Source of the DNA: Balanoglossus misakiensis
Lineage: Eukaryota; Animalia; Hemichordata
Assembly: GCA_040954595.2 (NCBI GenBank)
Contig: CM082587.2
Span: forward strand, 6,623,705 to 6,687,704
DNA: 64,000 nt
Direction: 5' to 3'
Positions within the stretch are counted from its first letter, which is position 1. Each line of letters opens with the position of its first letter. This document shows, in pieces, positions 39,774 to 53,371 of the stretch. Made by a program: the position numbers and the translations under genes. The notes beneath the pieces are model-generated. The model saw only the letters and a list, made by a program, of their open reading frames with translations. It did not search any database and was not told the DNA's origin.

Positions 39774-42700
39774 ATGAAGATGGGTTTGGAAAAACAGTCC
39801 CTAGTGACTTATTCGCTGGTTGTTGGGTACATCTTAACTTTGTCGGGACACGCCGGTAAGTACATGTACTTTTCCTGGAAGTCGGCAGTTGCCAGTTTTG
39901 ACAAGAGAAACCAGCGACATGTATCAATTGATATGGTATCTCCGCAAGTCTATGATAATATGGCTAATTCGTTTCTCAGTCTGAAAATGAAAAAAACTTG
40001 TAGCATCGCAGAGATTGAAACAATGTAAAAACAGTAGCTGTACTAATTATTTTGGGTGGTTTTGATACCAACAGCATTTTATCATTCTAATTTCTAAAGG
40101 TAGGGGACTATACAATGTCCGGTCGTCACATTCAATAGCCTAATATGTAAAATTTTTGAGAAAAAGCTGTTTGAATATTGTCATTTTCTGGGCATTTTCA
40201 CAAATGGTGTCGAAAGAGAAGCTTTAGCCAATGATATAAAGTAAACACTATATCACCAGACTTAAAAGCCAAGTCAGCTTTTTCTTGTACTCCCGATACA
40301 CTATAGTTTCTCTAGGGTAGAAATATCAGAATTGTTCCCACTGTCTGTACATGGTATGCTTATAAACACAAAATTAGCAGTTAATCCCACAAACTGTTTG
40401 TGGCGTTAACTGCTGTAGGAGTGAAATTCTAGCATGTAAGTATTCTGCTTGTCTTCACAACCTACAGTTGTATCTGCTTTGAAAACTTAAACAATGAGCT
40501 TCCCCTAAAGCTAGCTCATATGTCAAAATCAGCCCGACCGAACTTTTCTTTTCAAGACATTGTAGAAAACACTGCTGTCATTCCTTTCATTAACAAAAAG
40601 TCACCGTATCATTTTACATTGTACCAGAGACACATGTGTTGTCTGCATGTTCTATTTTCCTGAGGACACATGAAAAACATTGTCTAGTATTTTTTATGTG
40701 CTGGTACATGGTGTTGTCACTGCAAACTGCTCTATTTGAGCCGTTATCTTCTTTGAGATGAAATGAAACACATCAGTAAAAAATAAATTCATGCAAAAAA
40801 ATTATAAATTAGGCTGCTGTTTCATCCAGTTCTCTCAGTAAGTACGCATGAGTAAAAAGCATTCATAAAGACTCAATTTCCTAATTGTAATAAAGAAATG
40901 GATCCATTTAAGGATGCCATCAGAAATTACGGGGGAGGGGTGGGGGTGGGGGCTCAGTGTGTATGTGGTAAATTATGACTGCCATTGCAAATTGTTATTG
41001 AACAAAAACAAAATATTTCATTATGTTAGGTCATAATGATTACTTTTGGTTTTGCTTTTCACAGTTGCCGCTAACTGCGATGACTTTTACTTCATGGGTT
41101 CTTCATATTGCTTTATCTCACAACCGGAGAATTTCGCCGTTGCTATGTCAGTCTGTCACGGTTTGTCCGGAAGTCTGGTGAAGGTGGACACCACAGCTGA
41201 GTTTAACTACATTGCGGAGAAACTAGCGGAGGTTACCGGCGAGGAGCCAGAAAACGACCACTGGGTTGGTCTACGAGATGAATACGTAAGTTTTTTTAAT
41301 ACTGTGGAATAATTTATCTTCCCTGGAATTAATTTTCGCTGAAAACAAAACAATTGTATATAACAGATGTTATTTTCACTATTTCTTGTCAACTTATGTG
41401 TAAAGAATAGGAAATAAGAATTTTTACTGGGATTGTATTTTAGCGGAAAAATGAGTCCAGCGAAATAGTGAAAATAAAGTCCTAGTGAAAATTAAATATT
41501 TCGAATACATGTACTGTAATTTTCTTGATTAGATTGTAGTCATTTGAATATTTATGAAATATTTATGCATAACTAATAATTAATTGACCACTGAATCAGG
41601 CGTGAATGGTAATAATTTTCATTAAGAAGACTTGACATTCTCCTCAAGGCAAATTTGAAATGAATTTAGGGGTCAATACTGTAACTTTTTAATTTTTGTT
41701 CATTATTTCTTAGTCCTTGTGGATATGATGGATACACATGAAGTTCTGTCATAGTATTGTATTGTATTGTATTTAATTGTATTGTACTGTATTGTATTGT
41801 ATTGTGTAAACAATCTGCTTCTTTTCATGTGTTTCTTACCATATCTAGGTGAGTGGCGTCTACCTGTGGGCTGATGGCGACCACGTCACGTGGAAGATTT
41901 TTTGGGACGCAGAAAATGGTGAGCCTGACGAGTCGAAGACAGCATACACCTGCGTGGTCATGAAAAGTGACCAGGGAGGGCGCTGGGCCAAAGCCAAATG
42001 CGGTCACCCCAGAAAATACATATGTGAAGTCCGTAAGTGTCAAATTTATTCAGGGGTACTAGGTTCTCTGTTTCCTATGTATGTTTGTTATACATGAAGA
42101 ATTTGTTTACATACAACAAGGAGATCAATTAAGAATGTATGATTATTAATAAAATTGAAAATTGTCATTTCTTTTTTTTTTTGGATTCTCCTGTGTTTAG
42201 TATAATAAAAAAATCCATAGAAAATATAGGGGGGGTCACATGTGCTCGTTTTGAACCCAAAGTTTGACGTAAGTTTTCCATGCGTGTATTTTAGGTAACC
42301 GATGCGACGAAGGTGAATATTACCACACAGGCAGCTGTTTTGCGGTCAGTACAGGTCCCTTGCAGAACAGAAGCGAGGCGGCGTCATTCTGTGAAGACCA
42401 GGGCTACGACGAGCTCCTCAAGGTGGCCAACGACTCGCTGGAACACGACCTCCTCACAGACCACGTTCTGCAGAACATGTCCACGCCGGTTCCCTCTCTC
42501 TGGACCGGGAACGAGGACTGCGTTGCGGTCAACGCGTCGTCGGGCGACATGGCGGCAGTGCCGTGCGACACTGAAGCGGGATTTCTCTGTGATCGAGGTA
42601 ATGAATTTCCATTTGTGTTTTTTTACCACAGATAAAAAACAACAACAAGCTTAGTAATTATTGCTGTAAACCCAGATTTTTCCACCGAATTTCTATTTTT

Positions 42701-45700
42701 GTAAAGACTACGAGTTTCTATTGCTGATTTGCACATTCAGTTCTCCACTGAATTTTAAACAAATAGAAAAATGCGCTGGCGTCCCAGGGTCAAGTGCTGA
42801 GTCGGCAATTTTCCTCCCTTCCCCATGGAGCATTTTTTTTTTCATACGGTAGAAATATTCAAACAGATCTGTCGAAAAGATGGCAACATTCCCGGCATTA
42901 GATGCGTCTACTCCAGCGCTGGAAGAAAATTAATAATTAGCATTTTCTCCGAAATTTTCCCTTCAATTGAATGTGTTCACCGCACACACACTCTGGGGAA
43001 TTAAACGCCTTTGTAAAGTACTTTTGCCTTTATTTGCGACATCAATTAAAAAGAGTGTCCTCATAAAAGGTGTATCATTTGTGGAAGTGTTTGTCCTATA
43101 GAGACATGGGCACACATGAAGAACTAGAAAATTAGGGCGCTGATAAAATTATGAATTATTGATTATCAGACAATGATGATCAGTGTGGGGTATCAGGTGG
43201 GGTTTAGTCGGCTGATTAGCTTTTTTGCTATGCTTACAGTTTGCATTATTCATTATATTGGACTTTTAATTGGATTGGTACTTTGCCACAACAAACAATC
43301 TGAAATTTGAGCAATCCTTTTGCTTTCACGAGTTAATTTATTGGTGTGTTTCCGACTGTTATTATTTCGTCTTCAATCATCATCATCATCATCAACATCG
43401 TCATCGATTATCGTTCAGCCTCATCCTGTTTGTCCCCAAACTCTGGGCCAATCCTGTCACTGTCAGTATAATGTTTCAGTAAACAGCAATGCAAATAGCA
43501 TGTGAAGACAGTGTACGAAATAAAGCCTGTCCGACAGTCCGAGACTGGTTGTTTTTCTGTAGGAATGGTAAAAATAAAATGTTACCAGTCTGACAGACAG
43601 GTTGAATTTAGCGTGGGAGTTGACCAGAGGTATCATGGTATCTTTTAGACTTTCCCCAGTTCATGTATTGCAAATAAAAGAAACAATGATGTAAAAGTTT
43701 GAAAATTATCAAATCAAAGTAATGTAAAGAAAAAGATGATTCCATCCCATCTTCAATTGTTCACAGATAAGGTAATAGCTTCTCAGTTGTATTTGATTAC
43801 ATTTAATTGTAAGGCATAATATCAGGACTGGTAAGTTTTTGGCAGGACTGGCAACTTTTTGAAGTTGCCAGTCCTGGTGACTGGTTGATATTTCCTATGA
43901 ATTTCGAACACTGGTGAAGATCCATGATTAGGCACAGTCTCATATTGTCGTGAGAGCCAAAAAAACACGTAAAATATAAAAAGTCGCGTGAAGATGTTTT
44001 TCAGAGATAACGATACAGTGACATACGAGAATGCGAAAATTAATCAGTTGCCTCTTTTGATATCACGAAAGTTTCCTGTCGCAAAAATTTCACGTTTTAC
44101 AGTATGTGTGTGGGTGTGTGGATTCGACAGTACGCTGTCAACTTGTCATTCTTTCATTATTTTCACAGAAAGACGATGCCTATTGGTAGAGGACTCGTTT
44201 TACGCTGGTGGCCTGTGTCATCGTGTGATCGAAGTGGAGTCCGATTACGGGACTGCTTCCGACTACTGCGAGAGTGAGAGCGGCTTTGCTGATGGACATC
44301 TGGCATGGGTTAACAGCAGTCTGATTCAGGAGGCGCTAATGGTTCACCTCCGGAAGTACCACCCCAATGCCAAATTGCTCATAGGTAATGTACCGTTACA
44401 AGTCATGTGCACTTTCAAAATCTAGTTTCAAATCCACAAGATTTAAAGCTCCATAACTAACATTTTCCGCTATGTTTTCAGTATTCTGGATTTATGTATA
44501 CCTATACTGCAATCACTTGTTCAAATATTTGAATCACGATGAAGTACCCAGTATCCTATATTGGAACCACACAATTATTTTTGGGGGCCTTATGTGTAGA
44601 ATTTTGAGAAAACACTTGAGGGGTAAAAAGCTGATGACAAAATGGGCATGTTGCACCCTCGTTTCAGGACTCAGAGATTCAATTACTGAGGGCAGCTTTT
44701 TGTGGGACGATGGCTCAGGTCTGGGCTACTCCAACTGGCAGGACTTTCAACCGGACAACTACGACGGCAACCAGAACTGCGTGATTCTGGACGTGGCTGA
44801 GGACGGAAAGTGGTACGATGTTGATTGTGCACTAGACTTCTTCTACAGCGTCTGCCAGAACGGATCTGCAGAGAGTGATGATTGTGAGTACAGTTGCTCT
44901 GTGTTTAACCCTTTCAACGCCATAGTCAACTTGTCGTCATTTTCACAAAATTAACCTCATAAATTTTACTTTGTTTTTTTCTAACATTTTGATCAAGACC
45001 TGTAGACAATGGAAAATTATGTCCACTTGGTCTAAAATTAACGGAAAAAAATGGGGGAAAAAGTGTGAAAATGATAAAAATGTTGCACCACATTTTGACA
45101 GCACTTGATAAATGTGGCATTCAAAGGGTTAATAAATGTCCATTATGTTAATCCCCATTGACCACTGAAACTGTCTGCGGTCACTGTGACAAGGTGAACA
45201 GAATATTCAGAATTTTGCCGCAAAAATTAGACAACTAGATCCAGTCCTTGTTTGATGTATTGTCATTTGGCTGAAGTCACTTTGGATCTGCAGTCAGTTT
45301 ATTTATTTTTGAAATGAAAAGGAATTTAAAAATGGTCGTTGGTGTTTTTTTTATTTGAAGCTGCCGATACCGGAGGAGAACTGGTTTATTTTAACCTGCC
45401 ACTTGACGACGACACTGGCACGAATCTGACAACATACCCACAGTTGGACCTGTGCTGGTCCAGCTGGCAGGGAGTCAGTCCTACTTTTAATGACAGCATC
45501 AAAGATAATGCACTGAGGTTCGCCAATCCATCCGACGGAGTGCGCTGCTCCGAACATCCCGGTCACGCTCCCAGCTGTACCGGTGACTTCTGCCCGAACG
45601 ACTTCACTCTCTCCCTGTGGGTCAACATTCCGGAGGCGACCGAGGCCGGCTGCGAAGACACACTGGTCTCCTTCCGGCCGTCGGGCAAGGGATTCGTGTT

Positions 45701-48700
45701 GGTCTATTCGCCGTCGCGGGCAGAGATGGACTTCCACTTCGTCCACTACTTCAGCGGTTCCAGTTATCATTCGTACAAAGTGAAGGCGAGTGTGGAGACC
45801 GGCAAGTGGTTACACGTCGTGGCCACCGGCCAGGGAACAACAACAACAACAGGCACCTATCTCCAAATGCAAATCTACGTCAACGGCGTTTTGTCACCCG
45901 ATTCCCCGTCAGTGTCCTCCCAGCTATCGACTGTTCCAGAATCGCCGCAATTTTCGATTGGGATCATCCGGTGTTCCCCGAGCGTGTTGATGGACGACGT
46001 CTGGTACTGGAACGAACACATGTCTCTGCGGAAAGCACTAGGTTAGTACTAAAACCCTTTCACCACGATGGTCCAGTCCAAATCCATTGTTTTCTATGGA
46101 AGGTTGGACCTCTATAGCGGGAACTGGGGGTGAAAGGCTTATAATGCCCCTTCTAGTTTCTAAAGGGCTACAATTGTCTTATGCGCATGGGCGTAATTTC
46201 ACATGTACAAACATTACGTTCAATTCAAATTTTGACACAAATTTTGCGTTAGACACATTCAAATAGCGTAGTACCTTCGCTTCCTTCCATATGTCTGTCT
46301 CCCCAGCACGACAAACATAGGTACTCAGAGCAGTTAATACATTTGGCTTTGAGAAGTATAAAGCTATGACTGGTGTATTACTATTGCCCGACCACACCAT
46401 ATATAATCACAACTGGCAACACTGTCAACAACGTTGTTTGTCTACTTTTTTCCAGGACTTATTTCCTCTGGTGTGTTCTACCACTGGCCAATGGATGACC
46501 TGCAGAACACACGGCTGATTGCCCACCCGGGCGTCCACAGCACGGCGAAGAACATCGACTCGCTGTCGCACGACGCCGTATCCGGCAACTCGGTCCAACT
46601 GGACGGCGTCAGTCGGTCCGTCGACCTGGGCTACTTCCCGGCCGAGTGCCTGGGCAACATCCTGCTCTGCGACGCCGGCTTCACCGTCTCCCTGTGGTTC
46701 GTGAACGGCATGCCGGCCGCGGACCAGTTCTACCTGTCCAGCGGGGGCGTGGTCATGGGGTTCTCCTTCGCCTACCTCTACGGCAGCTACGAGGTGGCCG
46801 TCTTCGACGACGTCCAGAAGTGGAGGATCCACTTCCGGCTGCAGGAGAACGTGTGGAGCCACATCTTCTTCCACTGGGCCAGCCAGTACGGCCTGAAGCT
46901 CTTCATCGACGGCGTCTCCGTAGCGTGGAACCGAGAAGGATTCGCGCGAGCCAACAGCTACCCGGCCGCCGCGGCCGTGCCGAGCGTCAATTTCTACGCT
47001 GGCCAGCTTCCGTACGAGGGGATGGAGACCTACGGCAAAGGGACACTGGATGAACTCATGTTTTGGGAAGGAATTCGCGAAGATAAACTTAATGAGGTTA
47101 TCGATCAAGGCAAGTAATAACTCAATTTTTGTGTTCATTTTTGCTCAACAAAAAAGTCGCTCATAAACTGCTTAGCCATGAGAGATTGTGCCGTTCATCA
47201 ACTTGCGTATTAATCTTTGTCTTACAGATGTCGGCTTGATTGGCTGTTTCGACCTTCTCCTGACGGACCCTCCCGATAGCGCGGCTACCGAGGACTTGGA
47301 CATGTCGCTTCTGACGCCCGGCAAGTGCCGGGTGGCCTGCGCTCGGTCCTCGAAGAAGTACGCGGGAATCAGCGACGGGAGTCGGTGCGCGTGCGGGGAC
47401 TCCGATCCGAACGAACCGTATCCGAGCTCGGCGTGTCATTACCCGTGCCCGGGAAACGGCAAGTCCAAGTGCGGGGGTTACCGACGGCAGAGCATCTGGC
47501 AGACGACGGGGTTCTCCGGCACTTCGGGCACCCTGGACGTCTGGGGCGTGACCTTCACGGCCGGGGACGGCCCCTACATCGAGGTGAACGAGACCACGCC
47601 GATCAACATCACTTTCGAGAGCAACGTCCAAGTGTCCCTGTACGTGGACTTCGGCCACGACTCCTACATCGTGGAGCACAACGCGACCAGCGGCATGGAG
47701 CTGTACCACTCCTTCCCGTCGAATGACACCTACCTGGTCACCCTGCTCCTCGACGTCGCGGAGGTCTACTTGACGTACTTCTACAATGTCACGGTGGAGG
47801 AGCCCGTAGAGAGAATAACAAACATCATCTTGTCGACCGAACCGACAGCACTTGGAAATGAGACCGTGATAGAAAGAGTGGTGACCACCGGGACGCACCT
47901 ACGATGTGCCTGGGACTTTGGCGACGGCGACACCCAAGAGACATTCACAATGTACCCGGACTATTACGATGAACTGAGACACGCTTATGCGCAGGAAGGC
48001 GTGTACGAAATCAGAATCAACTGCACAAACCGGCTGTACAAATTCAACACGTGGACCACGGCCATCGTCCAAGTGGCTCTGACGGAAATCGACCTGGAGC
48101 CGTTCTCGTGGGACTTCGGGAAGGACATCGTGCTGACGTGGATGATTGCATCCGGCACCAATCTTTCCTTCTCGTTGAACTTTGACGGTAAGCCGATCGC
48201 CGACATGGGGTACAGCGAGGAGAACCAGCGGGGATGGGCCACCGTCACCGTGGCCGACTACGTCTACGAGGGAGAGCACGGCCTGGAGCTCAACGGCACG
48301 AACCTGGTCTCGTTCGTGCAGCATTTCATCTACGTGATGATCATGGATAAAGTGGAGAGGCCGAGGGTCTCGCATTTCAAGCCGTACGTGGCGAAGAACG
48401 AAGAGTGGCAGTTGACGGTGGAAGTTGACAGCGGATCTCCCATCTACTTTGTGGTGGACTTCGGCGACTACACTCCCATCACCTGGATGATTACATACGA
48501 AAAGAAGATCGTGGTGACGAAAACCTACGATGCCACTGACTTCTATCCCGTGAAAGTCTACATCGGCAACTACGTTGCGTGGTACTACGTCTACTACCCG
48601 ATGGCTATCCACCCGTACCCATGCAATTTCCCGCTGGTTCGCATCACCGGCATCGGCCGAGACATCCACAAGCCCCGCGTATTCACGAAGAGCGAGCAGG

Positions 48701-51700
48701 TGGTCATCCAGAGCCTGGTCACCCTCGACTGCGCGGCTACTATATACGCCGAGTTCCACTGGAGCGTGACCAGGCTGGAACCGGGCGGGTACCCGGGCAA
48801 CTTCACGCTGACCCCGATCGACATCGCGCAGTCCAACTTCTCCGAGATCGTGTTCCGACCGGGCATGTTCGACGTCGGGGCGTACAACGTCTCCCTGAAG
48901 GTGGGCATGGTGAACATCTCCGGCATCGTGACCGAGCAGTTCATCTACATGAACATCACCGAGTCGCCGCTGATCGCCGAGATCGAAGGCGGCAGCGGTC
49001 GCCGGGTGGCGGTGACCGGCCCGGTGACAATCAACGCGCTGCTGTCGTACGACCCGGACGTCGAGAGTCGGGCGATGTCCAACCTGACCTACGACTGGTA
49101 CTGCAGGAGGACGTCGGTCGGCGACAGCCTGTACCCGTGCGACCTCATGAGTCGGGAGGTGAACACGACTTGCTTTGGTCAGAACGTGGATAACGTGGGA
49201 GTCTTTGAAATTCCGGCCGACCAACTCGATGTGAATTCATCCGTCGTTGTGGCGGTCAACATCAGGAAAGGTGACCGCAGCAAATGCTTCGGACAAGTCG
49301 TTGAATTTGTCGACGAGGAACCGCCTATTCTGTCTTTAGAGTAAGTGAAATCAAATTTTGCCAGTTTGTCATGGCTCATGCTTTTTCCATTTCTGACATA
49401 CGTGTGCATTTCAGATAAAACTGAATCTCTTTATTATAATACACAGATGTAAAAGCAACTGTGGATGCAAGGTGAATCCATCGAGCGTATACACACTGAA
49501 CGCATCGTGTGAGGCGTGCATCCGGATCGACTGGGAACAGAACATGGATTTCCGCTGGGATCTTCAGATAGACAGGGAACTAGTGGGTGAATTTGTGAGT
49601 GTTGACAACCTCGAGTCGATGATATCTACAGGTTAGTGCAGTCTTTAGTTCAAGCTGCAACCAACATCTGTTCAGAAAAACACTGGGTAATTGAATAAAA
49701 ATTTACTTGTTTTACTTATTTGTGCCATAGGGATTACAACATCGGGTATCTCATTCAAAGCAGACAAGCTGGAGAAGGCTGTCAGGTACAGGCTAAGGTT
49801 GTACGCCACACTGGAAGGCAGAACTGGCTTCATTGAGAAAGAGTTTGTGACAAACACGCCACCGTTTGACGGCAGATGCGACGTACAACCGAAAGTCGGT
49901 ATGTATTCGACACAGATGGGCATATGACGACCTTTTCTTGTTGACACTCAACAAAGTACACAGATTCAGCAATACTGACTCTCAGTGACGGTATATGAGA
50001 CAAAAATTGGGAAATTTCTCAGCTGTTATCAAGTTGCAATTTGCATGGATCATCACATCACAGATTACGGATGAGGTGTGTTATAAAATCGGATCATACA
50101 CCTCACTCATTTCCACTGCATCGCAACAGAGCGTGCTCAGGTTATACGAATGTGCCATATTTGATGCGACTATCTCCCTAGGGAAAACAGTAATTCTATT
50201 TTCTAGTCACATGACCCATTCTCACCAATCGGGGAACAGAATCTGCGTTGGTTGGTCCTGCATCTATAGGGGGCCTTTACTGCACTCCCCTCTAGGTTTC
50301 TGATTGGGTGTAGAGCACAAAACAGGAATATGCTGTTGGATATATATTCGAGAGTTTCTTCGAAGAACAAATGCAGGCAGACAGTCTCCTTGATGAGCCT
50401 AATTAACCCTTGCACCGGTAAACATGTATCTTTACAGGTTTTGTGATGGAAACCCCATTTGAGTTTGCCTGCTATGACTGGGTGGACGAAGGAATTTACC
50501 GCATCAAGAAACCAAGACTGCAGGATGGCGAGGAACCGCCTACGAACGCTGGATTGATGTACGAGTTCCGCACCAGACATCCAAGTGAGTACATTGTATC
50601 TCAAAGGCATTAGTGTGTACTGTTGAGAAACCTATCGAAAACCTATCAAATTATACATAGCAAATTTTATGAAATATAATTTGATTTGCGTCTGTGTTCC
50701 AGTTTTATCTGGCAGCTAAGTGGGCTATCTGTCCATCATACTGGACAGAAAAGAAACTAGCTGTGATCAAGTCAAAGGCAAATCTTATCATCTCAGTAAT
50801 TAATTAATTAATTCATTAATTCATTCATTCATTCATTCATTCATTCATTCATTCATTCATTCATTCATTCATTCATTCATTCATCCATGCATACATGCAT
50901 CCATCCATTCAGTTGATCATTCGTTCGTTCATTTATTCATTCATTCATTCATTCATTCATTCATTCATTCATTCATTCATTTATCAATCCTTCCATCCAT
51001 CCATTCATGCATCGATCCTTACACTCATTCCATGTAAATTTTTTCTAACATTTCACAGTGAGTCAAAGCAGCGATGTGTTCTACTACGGGCCGGATTCGT
51101 TTACAGTGCCTTCAAGATTACCAATGGGGAACCCCACACTTTATGTCGACATCCGCATATATGACACGCTGGGTGATTTTGCTGAAACAACATTAGAAGT
51201 GGAGGTACGGGAGCAAGTGCTCAAAAGTTAATACTTTGTCTGATATTAAAAGCTGTTTTGGGTGATCTGATCATATTTTGACGATTTGTGTGTGGGTGCC
51301 ATTTCAGTTTAGGACTCCACAGAACAAGATGGCGTCTCTGCATATTCATGACATATGCAAAATCTACAGAGAACATCATTCATTTAGTTCCATTTTGTTC
51401 TGGGGAATAATCATGCTTCAATTCAAAATAATGGGAGTTTCATGAAAGAAACCCTTCCACACTTTGGTTTTAACCACATATGGGTATATGAGCACTTCAT
51501 TAGTCGGTCTGACAGAATGTGGTCAAACCTATTTTGTACAACATTATACAAAAATAAGCATGGAAATTCTAAGTGAAATGAAATTCTTGACACTCAACAC
51601 CACTGTGTAGAAAATACAGTATGAATCACTGAGTTCTGAGTGTCTAGTACTTCCATTTTTTTGGTATAGATAAGAAAGAGACCGGACCCACTGGGAATTC

Positions 51701-53324
51701 GAACAGAGGAACTTTACAACATCACCCATGGGGAAGAGTGCGAGCTGAAGAAACTGCTGGGAGTTGGGAACACAGGAGCTGTGTCGCAAATTGTGGCGGC
51801 CGTGTCATCAGAAATGAACGTGGAGGAGGAAGTCTTGCCCTTGGTGAGTACAAAGTTTACCCAGAGGTAGTGAAAAGGTTTGAAGCCGAGTTTAAGTTTA
51901 AAAGGTTGCAATGTCGACAAGTAAACGTTGTGTGTGTGTTTGTGGTAACGTACATTTATTTCCCTCGCAAAAATTGTTTTATAGAGTTCTATAGATTTTG
52001 ATGCTTCTAAAGAATTCAACAGAAAAAAGGTCCAAAACTATAAAAATTCTATAAATGTCTGTATAGACATTCAAAGGCTATTGAATTCTATAGATGTCTG
52101 TAGAATGTTTTTGTATTAAGGGACATTTCTTGCTTTGGGTCATGGGTGATGACACGCACCATGTGGCATGCAGAAATGAACAAATAACGTCCACTGCATT
52201 TTTGGCCTCTCACCTGTGATTAAACATGCAAATTACATGTGCATAAATTATGTAAATCAGTCAGGGAAGAGGGCTGGCAACCTTGTCCTTTAATATTTTT
52301 CAGTGCTCAAGTTTGAACAGCTCCAGCGATTTTGAAACGGCGACCGACGCTCCCGGAAACGAGACCCTGTGCTCCAACGTCACGGCTGTGGAGAAAGTCG
52401 TTAGGCAGATGGAGATTCGCAGCGCTCTGATAGAGACCATGGTCAATGTCACGGAGAAGATCCAGACGCCCAGCGCGGCCCAGCAGTCGGCCTCCGCTCT
52501 CCGAGAGGCCACAGGCAAGACCGCAGAGCTCACAAAGGAAAGCACAGTAAGTGGGCGTCTTTTTTGTTTTTCCTGCGTGGATGCTGTATACGCAGAGATG
52601 TGATATTAGTTATTCCTGCTGCAGGTTACAGGGTGTGTGTAACACTCCCAGGGGAAACCCCTGAAAAAAAGTCCTGTAACTTGAAACCATGCACTCCTGG
52701 AAATGCCCTTGAGAATCCCTTCAAGAAATACATGCTCGGTCCAGTTAATTATCTAAGTGATATGATAATCTGGCAACTCTCCCTCAATTCTTTCCCCAGC
52801 AAATTATTTGGATTCACGAATTCATTGCTTTGTTTTAAATACCCGCATGACACAAGTTTTTGTCCGACGGTTTCTACCGCTAACCATGCCTTCATATCCC
52901 ACCTCCCACAGTCGCTGGCCATAGGTGCTATCAAGACGGCGACAAGACAGTTATCACTAATACGGTCAACCTCTGATCAGGACATTGCCACCTCAAAAGG
53001 TATTCTTCTATTGTTTTACATTGATCTGTGTGTCAAGTGCAGATCATACTGTAATGGTTAAGTCAACAAACGGAGCAGATCATCACAGATTTAGCTGCAT
53101 GTATCCCCAATCAGCCATGACTAATATGTATTTGTAACTGGTCACAGCCAATAGCAGATTTTTACTCATTCTGTTGAATGGAACAATTCCCTCTTAGTTT
53201 CGTTCATTGCAACTTATCAGATGGCGCAATATTGATGTCTGTCACACTCAGGTCATAAACTGTGCTGCAAAGTGAACATCTGATATTACGACACTGATTA
53301 AAGTAATGATCATGGTCCTTGTCC

Positions 53325-53371
<47 letters not shown>

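Noticed and set aside
47899-49224. 441-aa antisense ORF, and similar ones at 46425-47138, 58838-59659 and 62492-63025
   Set aside because: Expected by-product of high GC3 in polycystin exons; no recognisable domains
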